A DNA stretch of 62,431 nt, filler included. It is 8 parts of 8 records of this genome, joined end to end, with 100 filler letters (N's around TTAATTAATTAA, not from the genome) between each part and the next. Parts side by side here need not be neighbours in the genome. Positions count along the whole stretch, not along the records: positions 34,916 to 39,802 come from SRR7504441_1712; positions 39,903 to 62,431 come from SRR7504441_1716; 6 more parts are not named here. One strand, given 5' to 3'. The translations under genes were made by a program, and so were the position numbers. Positions 37,606-49,300 of the stretch are shown piece by piece (the stretch's first letter is position 1; every line of letters starts with the position of its first letter). The notes under the pieces were generated by a model, which saw only the letters and a program-made list of their open reading frames with translations, did no database searches and was not told where the DNA came from.

Positions 37606-38585
37606 ATGCCTGTGGTCCTGCCGCAGTCCACGAGCGCCCAGGGGGTGCGGAATGAGAGGGTGATCCAGAGGCTGGACCAGAAGCGGATCGCCGAGATTGA
37701 CCGGGCGATCAAGACCAAGACTGAGGACGACTGGTGGGAGGGCATCCCTGAACACCACGTCACCATGGCCGGCTGGGGCGGGGCTGGCAAGACTTCGCTG
37801 TGCCGCGCGCTGCATCCGGACATGGAGTTCGACCCCGAGGAGCCGGCGGTGATGGCCGGCCGCACCTTTGGCGAGCTCGGGCCCTTTGGACCGGACAAAC
37901 TGGTGGTCCAGCTGTGGGACTGCAGCGGGCACGTCTACGGTGACGACGAGTACATGTTCGTCACCGGCAGCCACGGCAAGGTGAACGGACCGCAGCTCCG
38001 GCCAGGGCGGCTGGCGTTCCGTTGGCAGATGCGCAAAACCATGTCGGTGCGCCCGGGCTGTGGCCGGCGGTGACCGGTGGCCAGATCCGGAACGGGTGTC
38101 CGTCGGTGACGGTGGTTGTGTACGACCAATCAGACCGGGACACGTTCAAGGAGATGGACATGTTCTTCCGTTGGGCCAAGTACGCCCAGGGCACCGACGG
38201 GCTGGTGGCGCTGGTGGCAAACAAGACGGACAAGCCGACCGCTGTCCAGCCGATCGAGGGCGAGGCACTGGTCGCTAAGTGGAATTCTCTATTCCCCGAC
38301 GCGGCGGACTGCTGCAAGTTTTTCCAGACAAGCGCCAAGGATGGGAGCGGGGTGGCCGAGCTGAGAGAGTGGTGCGGGAGCCGTCTGGCGGAGCGGCCCC
38401 GAGGGTACAACGGTCCCAAGTGGTTCCCTTGGCAAAAGGAGTGGGAGCAGATGGTGGAAGATGGGTACGAGCCGATGGACGCGGAGAAGATGCTGCTGGA
38501 CGAGGAGGGCAACGTGCAGGAGGTGATCCGGCTCATGCACGATGAGACCGACATGGAGAGCCGGATCGGCCTCTGGGGATGGTAA
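37606..38585 (+). CDS. Divergent Rab-like small GTPase (spliced)
   Basis: G1 GWGGAGKTS, G3 WDCSG, G4 NKTD, G5 TSAK. Introns 37981-38028 and about 38047-38084. No C-terminal prenylation motif. Confidence 0.75.
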
Positions 38586-38815
38586 GACCGTGGCGACAGT
38601 TCGGATTAGTACTCACGAGTATGTAGAATAGATAGGTCTCTTTAATGAAGTCCTAGTAAAGGCCGACAAGCCCATCCGACGACGGCTGGTGGCGATCATC
38701 TGGACTAGATCATATCACCTACATAATTATCACCAGTCCTGTTGTGCTTAATTAAAAATTAATGTTTATTATACGAGTACGAGTATGTACAAGTACATGT
38801 AACTTAGTTTTCAGG

Positions 38816-39802
38816 TCACTTCTTCCACGGAACGGCTTGGTCATCTTCGCGAGCGCTCGACACCTGCTGAAGCATGTGCTCGAGCCTCGATCTGGTGGCA
38901 GGCACGATTTCAAACCCTCCGTACTCTTCTTCCGGTGAGCAATTATCCGTCGGCCGCCGCGACTCTTGCAGTTCCAATAGACTTGGACCCATGCCTGCGT
39001 TTGTCACCGGTTGACAAAGGCACAGGTCGCGTCCGGCGTCAACATCCGAAAACAACCAAACATCGGACTGCCCAGATGCCTTGCTAACAAGCTGAGGTGT
39101 GGGAGGTAGCTGGTCTGCTCGCTCCTCCGGATCGCTCGTCGATGCCGTAATCTGGGTCAACTCAAAGAGAGTTCCTGACTGTTCCGCACTCAGAGAGCTT
39201 GGGCTGTCATTTGACACCGCCGTTCTGATCCAACCGCACCATGTAGGGCTGGCTGCGCATGCCCATCTGCAATAGAGGAAGTACAGGAGTCCGAGTTGCA
39301 CGACAATCATACCGCCATAGACTAACATAGCGCTTGTGGGGAAATCCAAATCGAGCATAACAAGGGCAGCACACAGCCAGGTCAGAGAGAGGACCCAAAA
39401 CAACCACGTGAAGATTGAAACCTGTGCAAGAAGCTGTGTAGCCAGCTCTTCGCCAAGCTGTTGAGGATCCATCTTGCGGCACCAGCACAGTGCCACCAGC
39501 TGGAAGCAGCCACCGAGAGCGGCGAAGATGAGCAGCCAGGGCACCAATGCCCCAAAGGCGGCGGCGATTGTCATGACGACCATTGACTCCACAATTTTCT
39601 GTTGTCTGCTGATCGCTGCGTTAAGTACAATCTTCACGCGGTCCACGCCTGAAGGCTCCCTCGTCATCAAGCCGGAGAAAAGTTGGCCAAGCTTCCTCTT
39701 GAGCCGCGTGGTGCATGGCAAAGCTAGGAGCAGCTCCAACGTTGACGAAAAGACGGTAGAGATAAGGATGGTGTCAATCCAGATAAATGTGAACTGCACC
39801 CA
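38816..39802 (-). CDS. Multi-pass membrane protein, C-terminal fragment
   Basis: Open 327-aa frame from the contig edge with about five hydrophobic helices and a disordered tail. Confidence 0.55.
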   Translation of the reverse strand, partial: WVQFTFIWIDTILISTVFSSTLELLLALPCTTRLKRKLGQLFSGLMTREPSGVDRVKIVLNAAISRQQKIVESMVVMTIAAAFGALVPWLLIFAALGGCFQLVALCWCRKMDPQQLGEELATQLLAQVSIFTWLFWVLSLTWLCAALVMLDLDFPTSAMLVYGGMIVVQLGLLYFLYCRWACAASPTWCGWIRTAVSNDSPSSLSAEQSGTLFELTQITASTSDPEERADQLPPTPQLVSKASGQSDVWLFSDVDAGRDLCLCQPVTNAGMGPSLLELQESRRPTDNCSPEEEYGGFEIVPATRSRLEHMLQQVSSAREDDQAVPWKK

Positions 39803-39902
39803 NNNNNNNNNNNNNNNNNNNNNNNNNNNNNNNNNNNNNNNNNNNNTTAATTAATTAANNNNNNNNNNNNNNNNNNNNNNNNNNNNNNNNNNNNNNNNNN
39901 NN

Positions 39903-40327
39903 GGTGCCCGGCTGGATCTCGTACAGCTCGAGTGTCTTGGTGCTTCCTTTGCCCCGCCCCCAGCCCAGGAGTGATTCGTACTGGCAGGACCGTACCGGCT
40001 TGCTCCCAACCGTCTCATGGTCCCCAATCAGTTGGTCTTTGGCGTTCCACAGCTCCCAGTGGTCCGGGTAAAGCCTGGCCCCAGCCACCCTGGGTCGAGA
40101 GCCAGCAGGCTATGTACCTGAACACAGCCTCCCCCCCGGCCTTCAGAAAGATGGTGGTCTGCTCAGCGAGTGGATCCGACCGCACGATCACGTCGTAGTC
40201 CTCGTATCCACTATGTTCGTTCCCCATAGCTTGCTCTGGCCCAGCCCTCAGCCTTGGGCACCGGCGCTTGGGCACCTTGGCGCTTCCGATCCTGCTTGCA
40301 ACGTCTCTCTTCCCAACGCCAAGCCAT
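39903..40327 (-). CDS. Hypothetical protein, possibly ubiquitin-like fold (spliced, 3' truncated)
   Basis: ATG 40327; exons YDVIVRSDP...TIFLK, LYPDHWELWN, TKTLELYEIQPG (UBL-like TL..Y.I..G). Confidence 0.4.
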
Positions 40328-40378
40328 GTTGTGAGAGGGCGGCGAGTGGCCTAGTGGGTCGAGTGCGGCGGTGTTGTC

Positions 40379-41485
40379 ATGCAGCCGTTCGCCCCTGGTC
40401 AGCTGGTGGAACTGTGCGTCCCCAGCCAGCTGAGCGACCAGCCGTGCTACCTGCCCTGCGAGGTCCAGGCCGTCGCCGACGGTCACGTCCAGCTTGCCGG
40501 GCGCGAGCTCGCGTTTCTGACCAATGTGCCCCCGCCCCGCCGGGTGTCACCCAGGCGACTCCGGTTCCCCGCCTGCGACGCCGCGATCCACTGTGCGGCG
40601 GCCAGGGGCGATACGATCACTGTGCGCGCCGAGCTGAAGGCTGGGGTGCCGCCGGGGCTGCAGGGCGAGGCGATGCGGACACCCGCGCACTACGCGGCCG
40701 CCCAGGGGCGGAGCGAGGCTCTCAGGCTGCTGCTGGCGGCCGCAGCCGACCCGAACAGTCGGACAGCGCTCCGGAGCCAGGCTAAGGAATGCTACGGGGA
40801 CGGGGTCCGTTTAGTGTATGCAGGAGGGCAGACTGTGCTCCACCTGGCGATGGAAGGCGGGCACAGCGAGGCGGTGGGAGTGCTGCTGGCCTGTCCCAGA
40901 GTAGACCCGCTCCTGTGCGACCCGAAAGGCCCCTGTCTGACGGCGGCGGCACGGAGGGGGCACAAGGAGGCGGTAAAGCTGGTAATCCAGCATACCAACG
41001 TGGACTCGCAGCTTGCGCTGGCTGGGCACGAGCGAGGGCGTACTGTGCTGCACCATCTCGGGCTCATAAATCAGGCCGCGATGCTAGAACTCCTGCTGTC
41101 AGGAAGCACCGACCCGGCTTCAATTCTCAACGGCTCGACAGACGCAGACGGATGGCTTCCGTTGCACGTAGCGGCGCAGTACGGGCACACCGCCGCGGTG
41201 CGGGTGCTGCTAAAGTACGGGGCTGACCCATTCGCTCGAGTAGGCGAGGGCAGTGAGGCAGCAGGGGACACACCAATTGACTTGTGTGCTCGGGCTGGTC
41301 TGGAGAGCGCCGGCATCAAACCGAATGCGGAGCTTACAGTCGTAGCCCTACTCGGGCTCAACAGCAAGGACAGCCCGCCTGATCCGAAGCTTTTGCGCCG
41401 GCTCAAGCCGATAGGCCGGCGAGCGGTCAAGGTGGTCTTTGCACCTGCAAGTAGTAGCGAAGAGAGCTCGACAAGCTCGATGTAA
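40379..41485 (+). CDS. Ankyrin-repeat protein
   Basis: TPAHYAA, TVLHLA, TVLHH, PLHVAAQYGH...LLKYGAD repeats. Confidence 0.85.
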   Translation: MQPFAPGQLVELCVPSQLSDQPCYLPCEVQAVADGHVQLAGRELAFLTNVPPPRRVSPRRLRFPACDAAIHCAAARGDTITVRAELKAGVPPGLQGEAMRTPAHYAAAQGRSEALRLLLAAAADPNSRTALRSQAKECYGDGVRLVYAGGQTVLHLAMEGGHSEAVGVLLACPRVDPLLCDPKGPCLTAAARRGHKEAVKLVIQHTNVDSQLALAGHERGRTVLHHLGLINQAAMLELLLSGSTDPASILNGSTDADGWLPLHVAAQYGHTAAVRVLLKYGADPFARVGEGSEAAGDTPIDLCARAGLESAGIKPNAELTVVALLGLNSKDSPPDPKLLRRLKPIGRRAVKVVFAPASSSEESSTSSM

Positions 41486-41696
41486 GCTGGATGTGAGTTA
41501 AGCTTAGGCATCTGTGAGTACTACGCCAGCTCCAACCTGTCGGCCCTAGAGGAGAAATCCAGGAAGAAGCGCCAGCGCGAGGCGCTGCGGACCAAAGCTG
41601 ACTTCGCCCATCCCCTGTTTTGTAGTCACTCAATTCAATTTCTAGTCAATTTCTAGTCAATAGCAGTACGTGTAACCATTTATAGCTTATTTATAG

Positions 41697-43001
41697 CTAT
41701 GGCACGGCGGCCATGTGATGGGCCACCTCATTCTGTTCGGTTGCAACCGGTTGTAGTTGCACAAAAGTGTGGTCTGCCCCTGGCACGCCGGTGTTCTGGC
41801 CTCGCCCAGGGTTGCCCATCCCGTTGCCGAGGTACAGCAGCTCTCTGTTTTCGTCCAGCACCACATGTGCCCTCTCACGAGCCCGGAAGGTCACACGGCT
41901 GCCATCCGTGAACTCTAGAGTCGAGGTGAACGCGGCCACCGGCGAGAGGAACCAGTGCCTGCCGTCAATCGAGTACGAGTGCCCGCCGGTAGCCGTGCAC
42001 GGTGACACCCCGTCGCTCGCATTGCGCATTCCAGGGTTGTGACATCCAGGGAGTGGGTAGTCACAAGGTTGGCCGCGGTAGGCGTGCGCCAGCGAGTGGA
42101 AGTAGCCGTTCCGGTCGATCCAGAGGTTGTTGCCCTCCCAGTTAGCGCACGGCCCGCTCGCGTTGCTCCCGCCCAGCAGGTAAACTGGCTGCTGGTGCTT
42201 GAATGAGTACCGGCCCTCGAGCGCATCTTGAAGCGTCTCAGCACGCGAAATGGCCAGGCCGGCGCTCTGGTTGTTGCAGTGCGGGTCGGTCAGCCGGCCC
42301 TCCCACGGACAGGCGAAGAAGAGCGTGCCATTGGGCAGGAAGAAAGGCTCGCAGTTTGCCCCGTTGATCAGCCCAGACCCCGCGCTCTCCCACGGCCCCA
42401 GAGGCGAGGCCGCAATCAGCGGCCCCGCCTGTGCTGATGCCGGCACCGCTGACTCGCGTGGGCACGGCGCAGTTGGCGCCCCGGGCGGCGTGACCCCGTC
42501 GGCGCACACTCTGCACACCGCGCCGCGGGTGGCGGCGCCGGCCCCCATGTGACCCAGTATCCAGCGACCGCTCACCGGGTCCCTCTCCATCCAGGTGCCG
42601 TGCGAGAAGCTGTCCACCACCACCTGCTGCCGGACGTACGGCCCGGTCGCGTTCTCGGCCACCGCCACGATCGAGCGCGAGTTGCTCCCAAACGCCCCGA
42701 GCCCGCACCGGTTGGCCATCTCGTCCGCGGCCATGAACCAACGGCCCGAGACCGGGTCCCGGAGCACCTTGTTCCCCCAGCTCGACCAGCCCGAGTCGAG
42801 CCCGCCCAGGCCCTGCCCGCGGGTGGCGGGCAACAGCCGGATGCTGGAGCAGTTTGGCCCAGTCCAGCCGGCCGAGCACGCGCAGGCCCCGGCCACGCAT
42901 GCCCCGTTCAGCTGGCAGTCGAGCGGGCCGGAGCACTGTCCTCCGCCCCTGGTGAGCGCGCCGCATGCCTCCGCCGCCGCGAGCAGCAGCATCAGACGCA
43001 T
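41697..43001 (-). CDS. Secreted EGF-like + five-bladed beta-propeller (GH43-like) protein
   Basis: Signal peptide (ATG 43001), CSGPLDCQLNGAC..GAC.C..GWTG.NC, SSWG, GPY, GGHSYS.DG..W, RERAH. Confidence 0.7.
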   Translation of the reverse strand: MRLMLLLAAAEACGALTRGGGQCSGPLDCQLNGACVAGACACSAGWTGPNCSSIRLLPATRGQGLGGLDSGWSSWGNKVLRDPVSGRWFMAADEMANRCGLGAFGSNSRSIVAVAENATGPYVRQQVVVDSFSHGTWMERDPVSGRWILGHMGAGAATRGAVCRVCADGVTPPGAPTAPCPRESAVPASAQAGPLIAASPLGPWESAGSGLINGANCEPFFLPNGTLFFACPWEGRLTDPHCNNQSAGLAISRAETLQDALEGRYSFKHQQPVYLLGGSNASGPCANWEGNNLWIDRNGYFHSLAHAYRGQPCDYPLPGCHNPGMRNASDGVSPCTATGGHSYSIDGRHWFLSPVAAFTSTLEFTDGSRVTFRARERAHVVLDENRELLYLGNGMGNPGRGQNTGVPGADHTFVQLQPVATEQNEVAHHMAAVP

Positions 43002-43311
43002 TGCCGCGCAGCGTGGCCGGTACCCTTCCGTTGGGGGTGTACATGTGTTTGCCAGTGACTTCAGCAACTTCAGCGACTTCATCTCATCTTGACTCGATCG
43101 CGATAATCGCGATACGATCGCCAGGCAGGCGCACAGGCACTCTATTGGCCGTGATAAGCTGAATCTGTCATTCATTAGATAAGATGATTTAATTCGATAC
43201 GCAATGCATTGACCGTGACTAGGGACGCAACTAGTGAACACTAGTACGACAACCATGGTCTTGCCCGGTCGCATCATGGATTAATATGATCCCGATGATC
43301 AGCTAAGCTTT

Positions 43312-46300
43312 TTACGTTTGATTCGTTGGCAATGGCTCATTGGTTTCTTTGATCAGCGCATTCATTGCATCTTGAGCGTGTGAGACATCGGTTGACATCT
43401 CAGCCTCCTGCACGACAAGCCTAGGGTCAGCCGTTGGCCCAGAGCCCGTGAAGCTTACCAGCGCATTCTTCTGGTGTAGAGCGCTTCTCGAGACTTGTTG
43501 GTCCTTCTCCTGCATCTCCTGTATCCTCGGAAGGTCGTTCACTATTTGTACAGGCCCGTCGGGCTGCCCAAACACAATCAGTACGCCTGAGACAGCAGGC
43601 TTTACCTTCACGGATGACTGACGCTTAGCGTGCAGCTGCAGCGGCTCCTCCTTCGATATCGCGAGAGCTTCGGCCTGGGCCTGTGCGCTCTTTACAATTT
43701 CCGAGTTCATCTGCTTCCGGGCCATGTCGTCATCGTGATGCTGCGTCTTAAGCAATTGGCACTTTTTCTTTACGTCCTGTGCACAAGTGAGGATGGGAGC
43801 AAGGCTACGGGTCACATGCTCGGCTTGAATAGCCGTACGCCTTGCCTCCTTAGCCTGCTCGAGGTCCTCGCGCTTTTCATTCAGCGTCTTCTTGAGCCAT
43901 TCAAGCTCCTTAGCTGCGCACCACTAGTCAGCGGCCACACGCCAGAGGCGTGGTTGCCTGCAACTTGCGCCTTTTCATCTGCAACTTGCATTTCCAACTT
44001 GTAGCTCGAGACGCGCGCGGTAATCTCTTTAATCAGCGGGTTCCCAGCATCAAGGCTTGTACCATCAATCTCTTTCTCGGCTTGGTCCAGCTCTGACTTA
44101 GCGACCTTGGCACGCGCCTCCTGGGCTCGTCGCTCTCTGCTTGCAATATTCTCACGCTCGACGTAGCCATTTATCGCTCTTCGCAACTCACTCGCAGCTC
44201 TGCGAGCGGCTCCTAGCTCCTTTTGTTTAAGCTGCAAGCACCGACAAAGATAAATCTCTGCCTTTAAAACTAGATGTCACCTTGACTAATGTATCGCACT
44301 CGATCCGTTCCGCACGCTGCAAACAACCAAAAAGAGTCAGAGCCTGTCGTTTAGCTGAACGGCGCACCTGTGCTTTGACTGCGCCGGTCGCAGCAATCGT
44401 TTCTCGCTCTTGGTTGCTATATAGGTCTTCTTGGCCCTCGCGGTGTGCAGCACACGCTGCATCAGCCCTGGTCTGAAGTTCTTGCGCGGTTCTCTCGAAG
44501 TGAGAAAGCTTTGAAGACACCGCTTTGAGCTGCCTCCGTTCCTCTTTGACTCGCATATCCATCGCTTCCTCGTCTAGCTTGTTCTCCTTTGCACGGCTGC
44601 CTGCTTCGTGGTATGCAGCCTCAGCGTGTGACACCACCTTCGACATAGAGGTGTTGGTGATATTGCTGGACCGAAGCTCAAACTTCAAGCTCTGCCAATT
44701 AATTCGTCTGTTGACCACGTCCTTCTCCAATTTCGACCTAATATGAACCAGAATCGCTTGCTGCTCCTTGCTTGATTGGATGTCTCTGATGAGTTCGGAC
44801 TCGTGCCAAGTCATCACTTCCGAGCGGTGAGACGCCTGGAATGCCGCCTGTGTCAGATTATCACACATTGCACCACTCTCGACTTGCTGCTGTATGGAGC
44901 GCATATATGCCTCTTGTGCTTTTTCGGCCTTCTCATTGCTAGCTTTGGCAGATGATCTCACTATCTTGGTTACTTGTTTCTGAATCTTGTTCATCTCAAC
45001 ATCTTTGGTTTCCACATCAGCCTCAACCTTAGCCTGCTTGTCCATGACCTTATCCCGGCGCTCTTTAGATGCCAGGAGTTTATTTTTCCGTTCCAATACT
45101 CGTTCACGAGCATCATTCTGGTCAAGAGCATGACTGCTAACCCCGCCACGTGCGAGAGATGTTTCGGCCAGAGGGTATGCTTGCTGTTTCTCCTTAGCAT
45201 ACTGGTACTTAGTCTCTCTTTCTCGGACGAGCTGTATTGTTTGCTCTAATTTCACCCTCAATCCGTGCGCCTGTTGCCGCTTAGCTGCTGTTATAGCTTC
45301 CGTCGCATGCATTTCTGCATTCAGGGCATCGGCTTTAGCATTCTTAGCGATGCCCTTTCGAATAGAAGCGGCATTGCGTGCCTGTTCAGCTGATGCCTGT
45401 AGCCTTTCTAATACTTGGAGTTTGCCTTGCTCCTCCAGAGCCAATACCTGCTCCTTCTTCTTTGCGAGCTGCACCTCCTTTTTTGCTTCTTTGATCTCTA
45501 TAGAGAGCACCAAAGGACGAGAAGCCTTAACCTTCTTCCAATCAGGGAGTTCCTTATACTTGGAGTAATTCTTTGTTGCCTCGAGTGGCTGGAGAGCAGG
45601 ATTGTTGATTGCCTTGATAAGCCTTTTATCGAGTTCTACCTTTAGCCCATTGACCTGTTGACTCAGCTTGCTCAGCCCCTGGAGCAGGTGTTTGCTGGCT
45701 TCTACATTGGCACCAACCGTGTTCTCGATCTGAACAGCGGTTGCAATCTCCTCCTGTGGCATAAGCCCAGATTCACGTACTAGCTGTGTTGCCTTTTCTA
45801 GCAAGCGCGCAGTTCTCAATGTTCCGAAATAGCCAACTGCCCCTGCATCGTTGGAGCTTCCTTGAGAACTGAACAGACCAATGCTCCCACCATCACTGTT
45901 GGTCGGTAGCGCTGCAAGGCCATCACCTTCACCAGCCTGACCCGCAAGCCTGGCCATGACTTCAGCAGAATGCGCAATCATCTCTCTTTGGCATACAGGG
46001 CTCATTGCTTTGTTCGAGGAAACACGGAGCCAGTTTTGGGAAGTGTGCAGCTCACTGCTGTGGCTTGGATCGCTTGAGCACCGCCAGCCTTCCTTGGTCA
46101 TTTCATTTCCTTGTATGGCAGCCGCTGTCAGCTCGTGTCTTGCTGCATTTAAGTTCTTAGAAACGAGCTGGCTTTCATCTAATGCTGCCCGTCCAAAGAG
46201 TAAGCTCTGCGGCAAGTGTTCCTTTTCTCGGGCAAGAGATGTCAGCTTGTCGATTACAGATGAGGCAGTGTGCACCCATTTGGCAGTTTGCTGGTGAACC

Positions 46301-49300
46301 ACTGAACTGCTGGATAGATCTTCCATGACATGCATCCTCTCGACTAGCTGAGCAGCCTGCTCCTCGAGGTTATGTGGAGCGTCATGAGTGCGTGTGCACA
46401 GCTTTAAGTCTGCATTGAGCTTTCGTAGGCGAGTCTGAAACATTGTAGAGGCCCATCTGAAGAATTGTTCGCTGCATTTCTTGTCCAATCGTGTCTTGGG
46501 AGTGGCCTGGAATATCTGCCAGGGCACACACGGCGCAGTGCCATGAAATACTGCCACACCACGCTGTGTTGAGTTCCTTGTGCATGACCAGCGCATCTCT
46601 CGCCTTTCTGCACGGTCAATGCGCGCTTGTGCCTCCAGTTCCTTACCACCAAGGTAGGTCTGTACTTGTTTCTGCAGCTCTATGAGCTTGTTCAGCTCCA
46701 CCTGTTTGTTGTCTACTGTACGAACTAATTGCTTTACCATCTTGATTGCCCCGCGTGGATCTGTGATGACCCGTGTCTTGCTCTGTTCACTCGCAGCATG
46801 CATCTTTTCGACATCATGGCGTTGTCTAGACAGCCTCCCGAGGTATGGCCGGTCCTCAATGTACTCTCGCAGTACTTCCAGCTGACTCGTTGCCTTGACA
46901 ACTAGTGGTAAGGCAGGAGTGATCTCTGGACAAGCGGAAACTCCCTCTGAGTACCGAGTAAGCAACTCAGCAAACCGCAGCGCAGCCTCTCGGTGCAGGG
47001 CCTTGGAGCACTCCATGGACAACCTGCTCGAGACCTCGCGCACATGGATTGCAATTGTCGAGCTGCATGCGTCAAGAAGAGGAACAAGCACTGCGGCTTG
47101 TTTTGCACTAGATGTTTGATTACATCGCCAGTGGATTTCTGCGTTTCTCTTCTCTTCAGCACCTGTTGTGTCAAACCCTTTTGTACGGCTAGCATCCAGA
47201 GCCTTCATGAGCTCACCACGAGCCGTGACCAAATGATCAGCTGCTTGATGTACTGATGAGCTGGCTTTCACAAGATGTAGTCCATCTCGTTTCACTGTTG
47301 CCTTGACTGAATCGGCGTCTTTCCTTAGCAGCTGTACAGAATTTGAGATCTCAGCTGGCCATCCCTCTCTGGTCGATATTTCGCGTGATGTTTCTTCTAC
47401 CACATGCTTCACCCATTTTGCGTGAACCCCATCATACCTTTTAGCAACCGTTGGAGCGCCACAACCGTGAACCTCAGATAATCTAGTCACTTCAGTCAAT
47501 GCAGAAGCAAATGTGGAGGCCACATGTGCAGCCAGAGCTTTGGCACATTTTGTAGTTGCAGCGCCATGGCCTCCTGCGTACGTTACCATTGCTGCACCCC
47601 CTCTGTGGACAATGTCTGCTGGTGCAGCAAATGAAACAAACGACTTTGTTAGCCAGCCTCCTGAGTGGTTTGCGACCAGCGTGATTCGAGAGGCGCACAC
47701 GCCGCCACGGATACGAATTGTAGATCTGAAAGAGGCCTCAGATGGGCATATCCATTCGCTTGCAGGCATATCAACCGGCAGTGAGCGGGACGACCAGGGT
47801 CCCCACCTGCCTGCAGCGGTTCTAGCTCGTACCCTGAACAGATAGGATGCCCCTGGCCACAAGTTCCAGGTGTTGACACACGCGTGCTTCTGCTCAATAT
47901 GATGGTCGTAGGTCACCCATCCACGCAATCCTGCCTGGTCAGTGGTGTACGCGACCTGAAACGGTCCCTTTGCGTCAGAGCTGACCACCTTTCCATCGGA
48001 GTCGAAAACCCATCCATGCTTGTTGGCAGAACTCCAGCGTATGCACGTCAACTGTGACTTTCCATTGCCACTCTTGTCCGTGAATCTCGGATCCAGGTCC
48101 GGCGTGGAAAGCCTCAAAGCCTGTGCCTCGTCGCCAGCTGGCATTGGGGCAGCAGGAAGACGATTAGCGGCCTTGTTTGCTCTTGCTAATTTCTTGCCTA
48201 GCCGGCCCACCAATCGATTAGCTCGCTTCCTTGCTTCCTTTGCTTGCTTCAGATTATCCTTTGTCAGTACCAGCTGCTTCCTGCCTCTCGCAACCTTCCT
48301 ACGTGCACTCTTTGTTTGGACGCGAGCAAGCCCTGCAAGATGTGAAACAGCTCTTGCAAAGACTGCCCTCTCCGTTGCTTTCTCCTCCGCATTGATGCGT
48401 TTCAGGTCAAACGCCGCTCTCTTGCCTTCGTCTTTGAGTTGATCAAAGCTGGCCTTGTCAGATGCCTTTCCAGAATCGATGACTTCGCCAACCTTTGCTT
48501 TCACCAGAACTTCTGTCTTTTGCAAATCCTGAAGTTGTTTGTTCTGAACAGCAACATATGCCTGCATTTCTTTGATGGCTTCGTTAAGTAATTTGGTCCT
48601 CTGTCCAGAGCGCTCCTGCTTTCGTGCGCTGCTCTTCGCGACCCGCTCGCTGTCAGTGCGTTGATGCAATAGACGATGAAGTTCGAGCTTTGCAGTGGTG
48701 TGCTTCCCAGCGAGCTCATTTGATTTGCGAATAGTTCCATTCAAGCTGTCAGATGAACAGACGCTCTTAAACCTCAAACAGTCTTCAATTTGCTTCAGCT
48801 CCATGCCATTACCCCCACTCGAAGTAAATGAGCTGTGCAATATTCCAAGCCCTTTTGCAATGGCATATAGCGACTCCTTTAGGCGGCTCCTGACGGCTTT
48901 CAATTTGGGCAGCAACGCCGTGGCCTTCTGCCTCCCTGCCTGATCTAGTTTCTGCATTTTTTCCTCAGTCTTTTTTATTTGCTTCCGCACACCTGGCTCT
49001 AACCCGCTGAGACTTTTGCCGATAAACCTATCTTGTTGAAGGCGGCTGTAGGCTTTCTCGATTCGACGCTGCACGACAGTGAGCTTTGAGTCGAATCTCA
49101 TCAGGTCGGACTCGTGACTCGAGATCTTGAGGTTTGGTCGAAACCCTAATTCCAGAGCTCTTAGGTGAATTTGAACGGAGTTGCTCCGGTGCTCTGCGTC
49201 TGAGAGCGCGGTCGTATTCAATTCGGACATTGCGGACTTGACTTGAGTGTCAGCGGTCGCCTCCTCTGTTGAAAGCTGGATGTCCTTCCGAGCCAACGCG

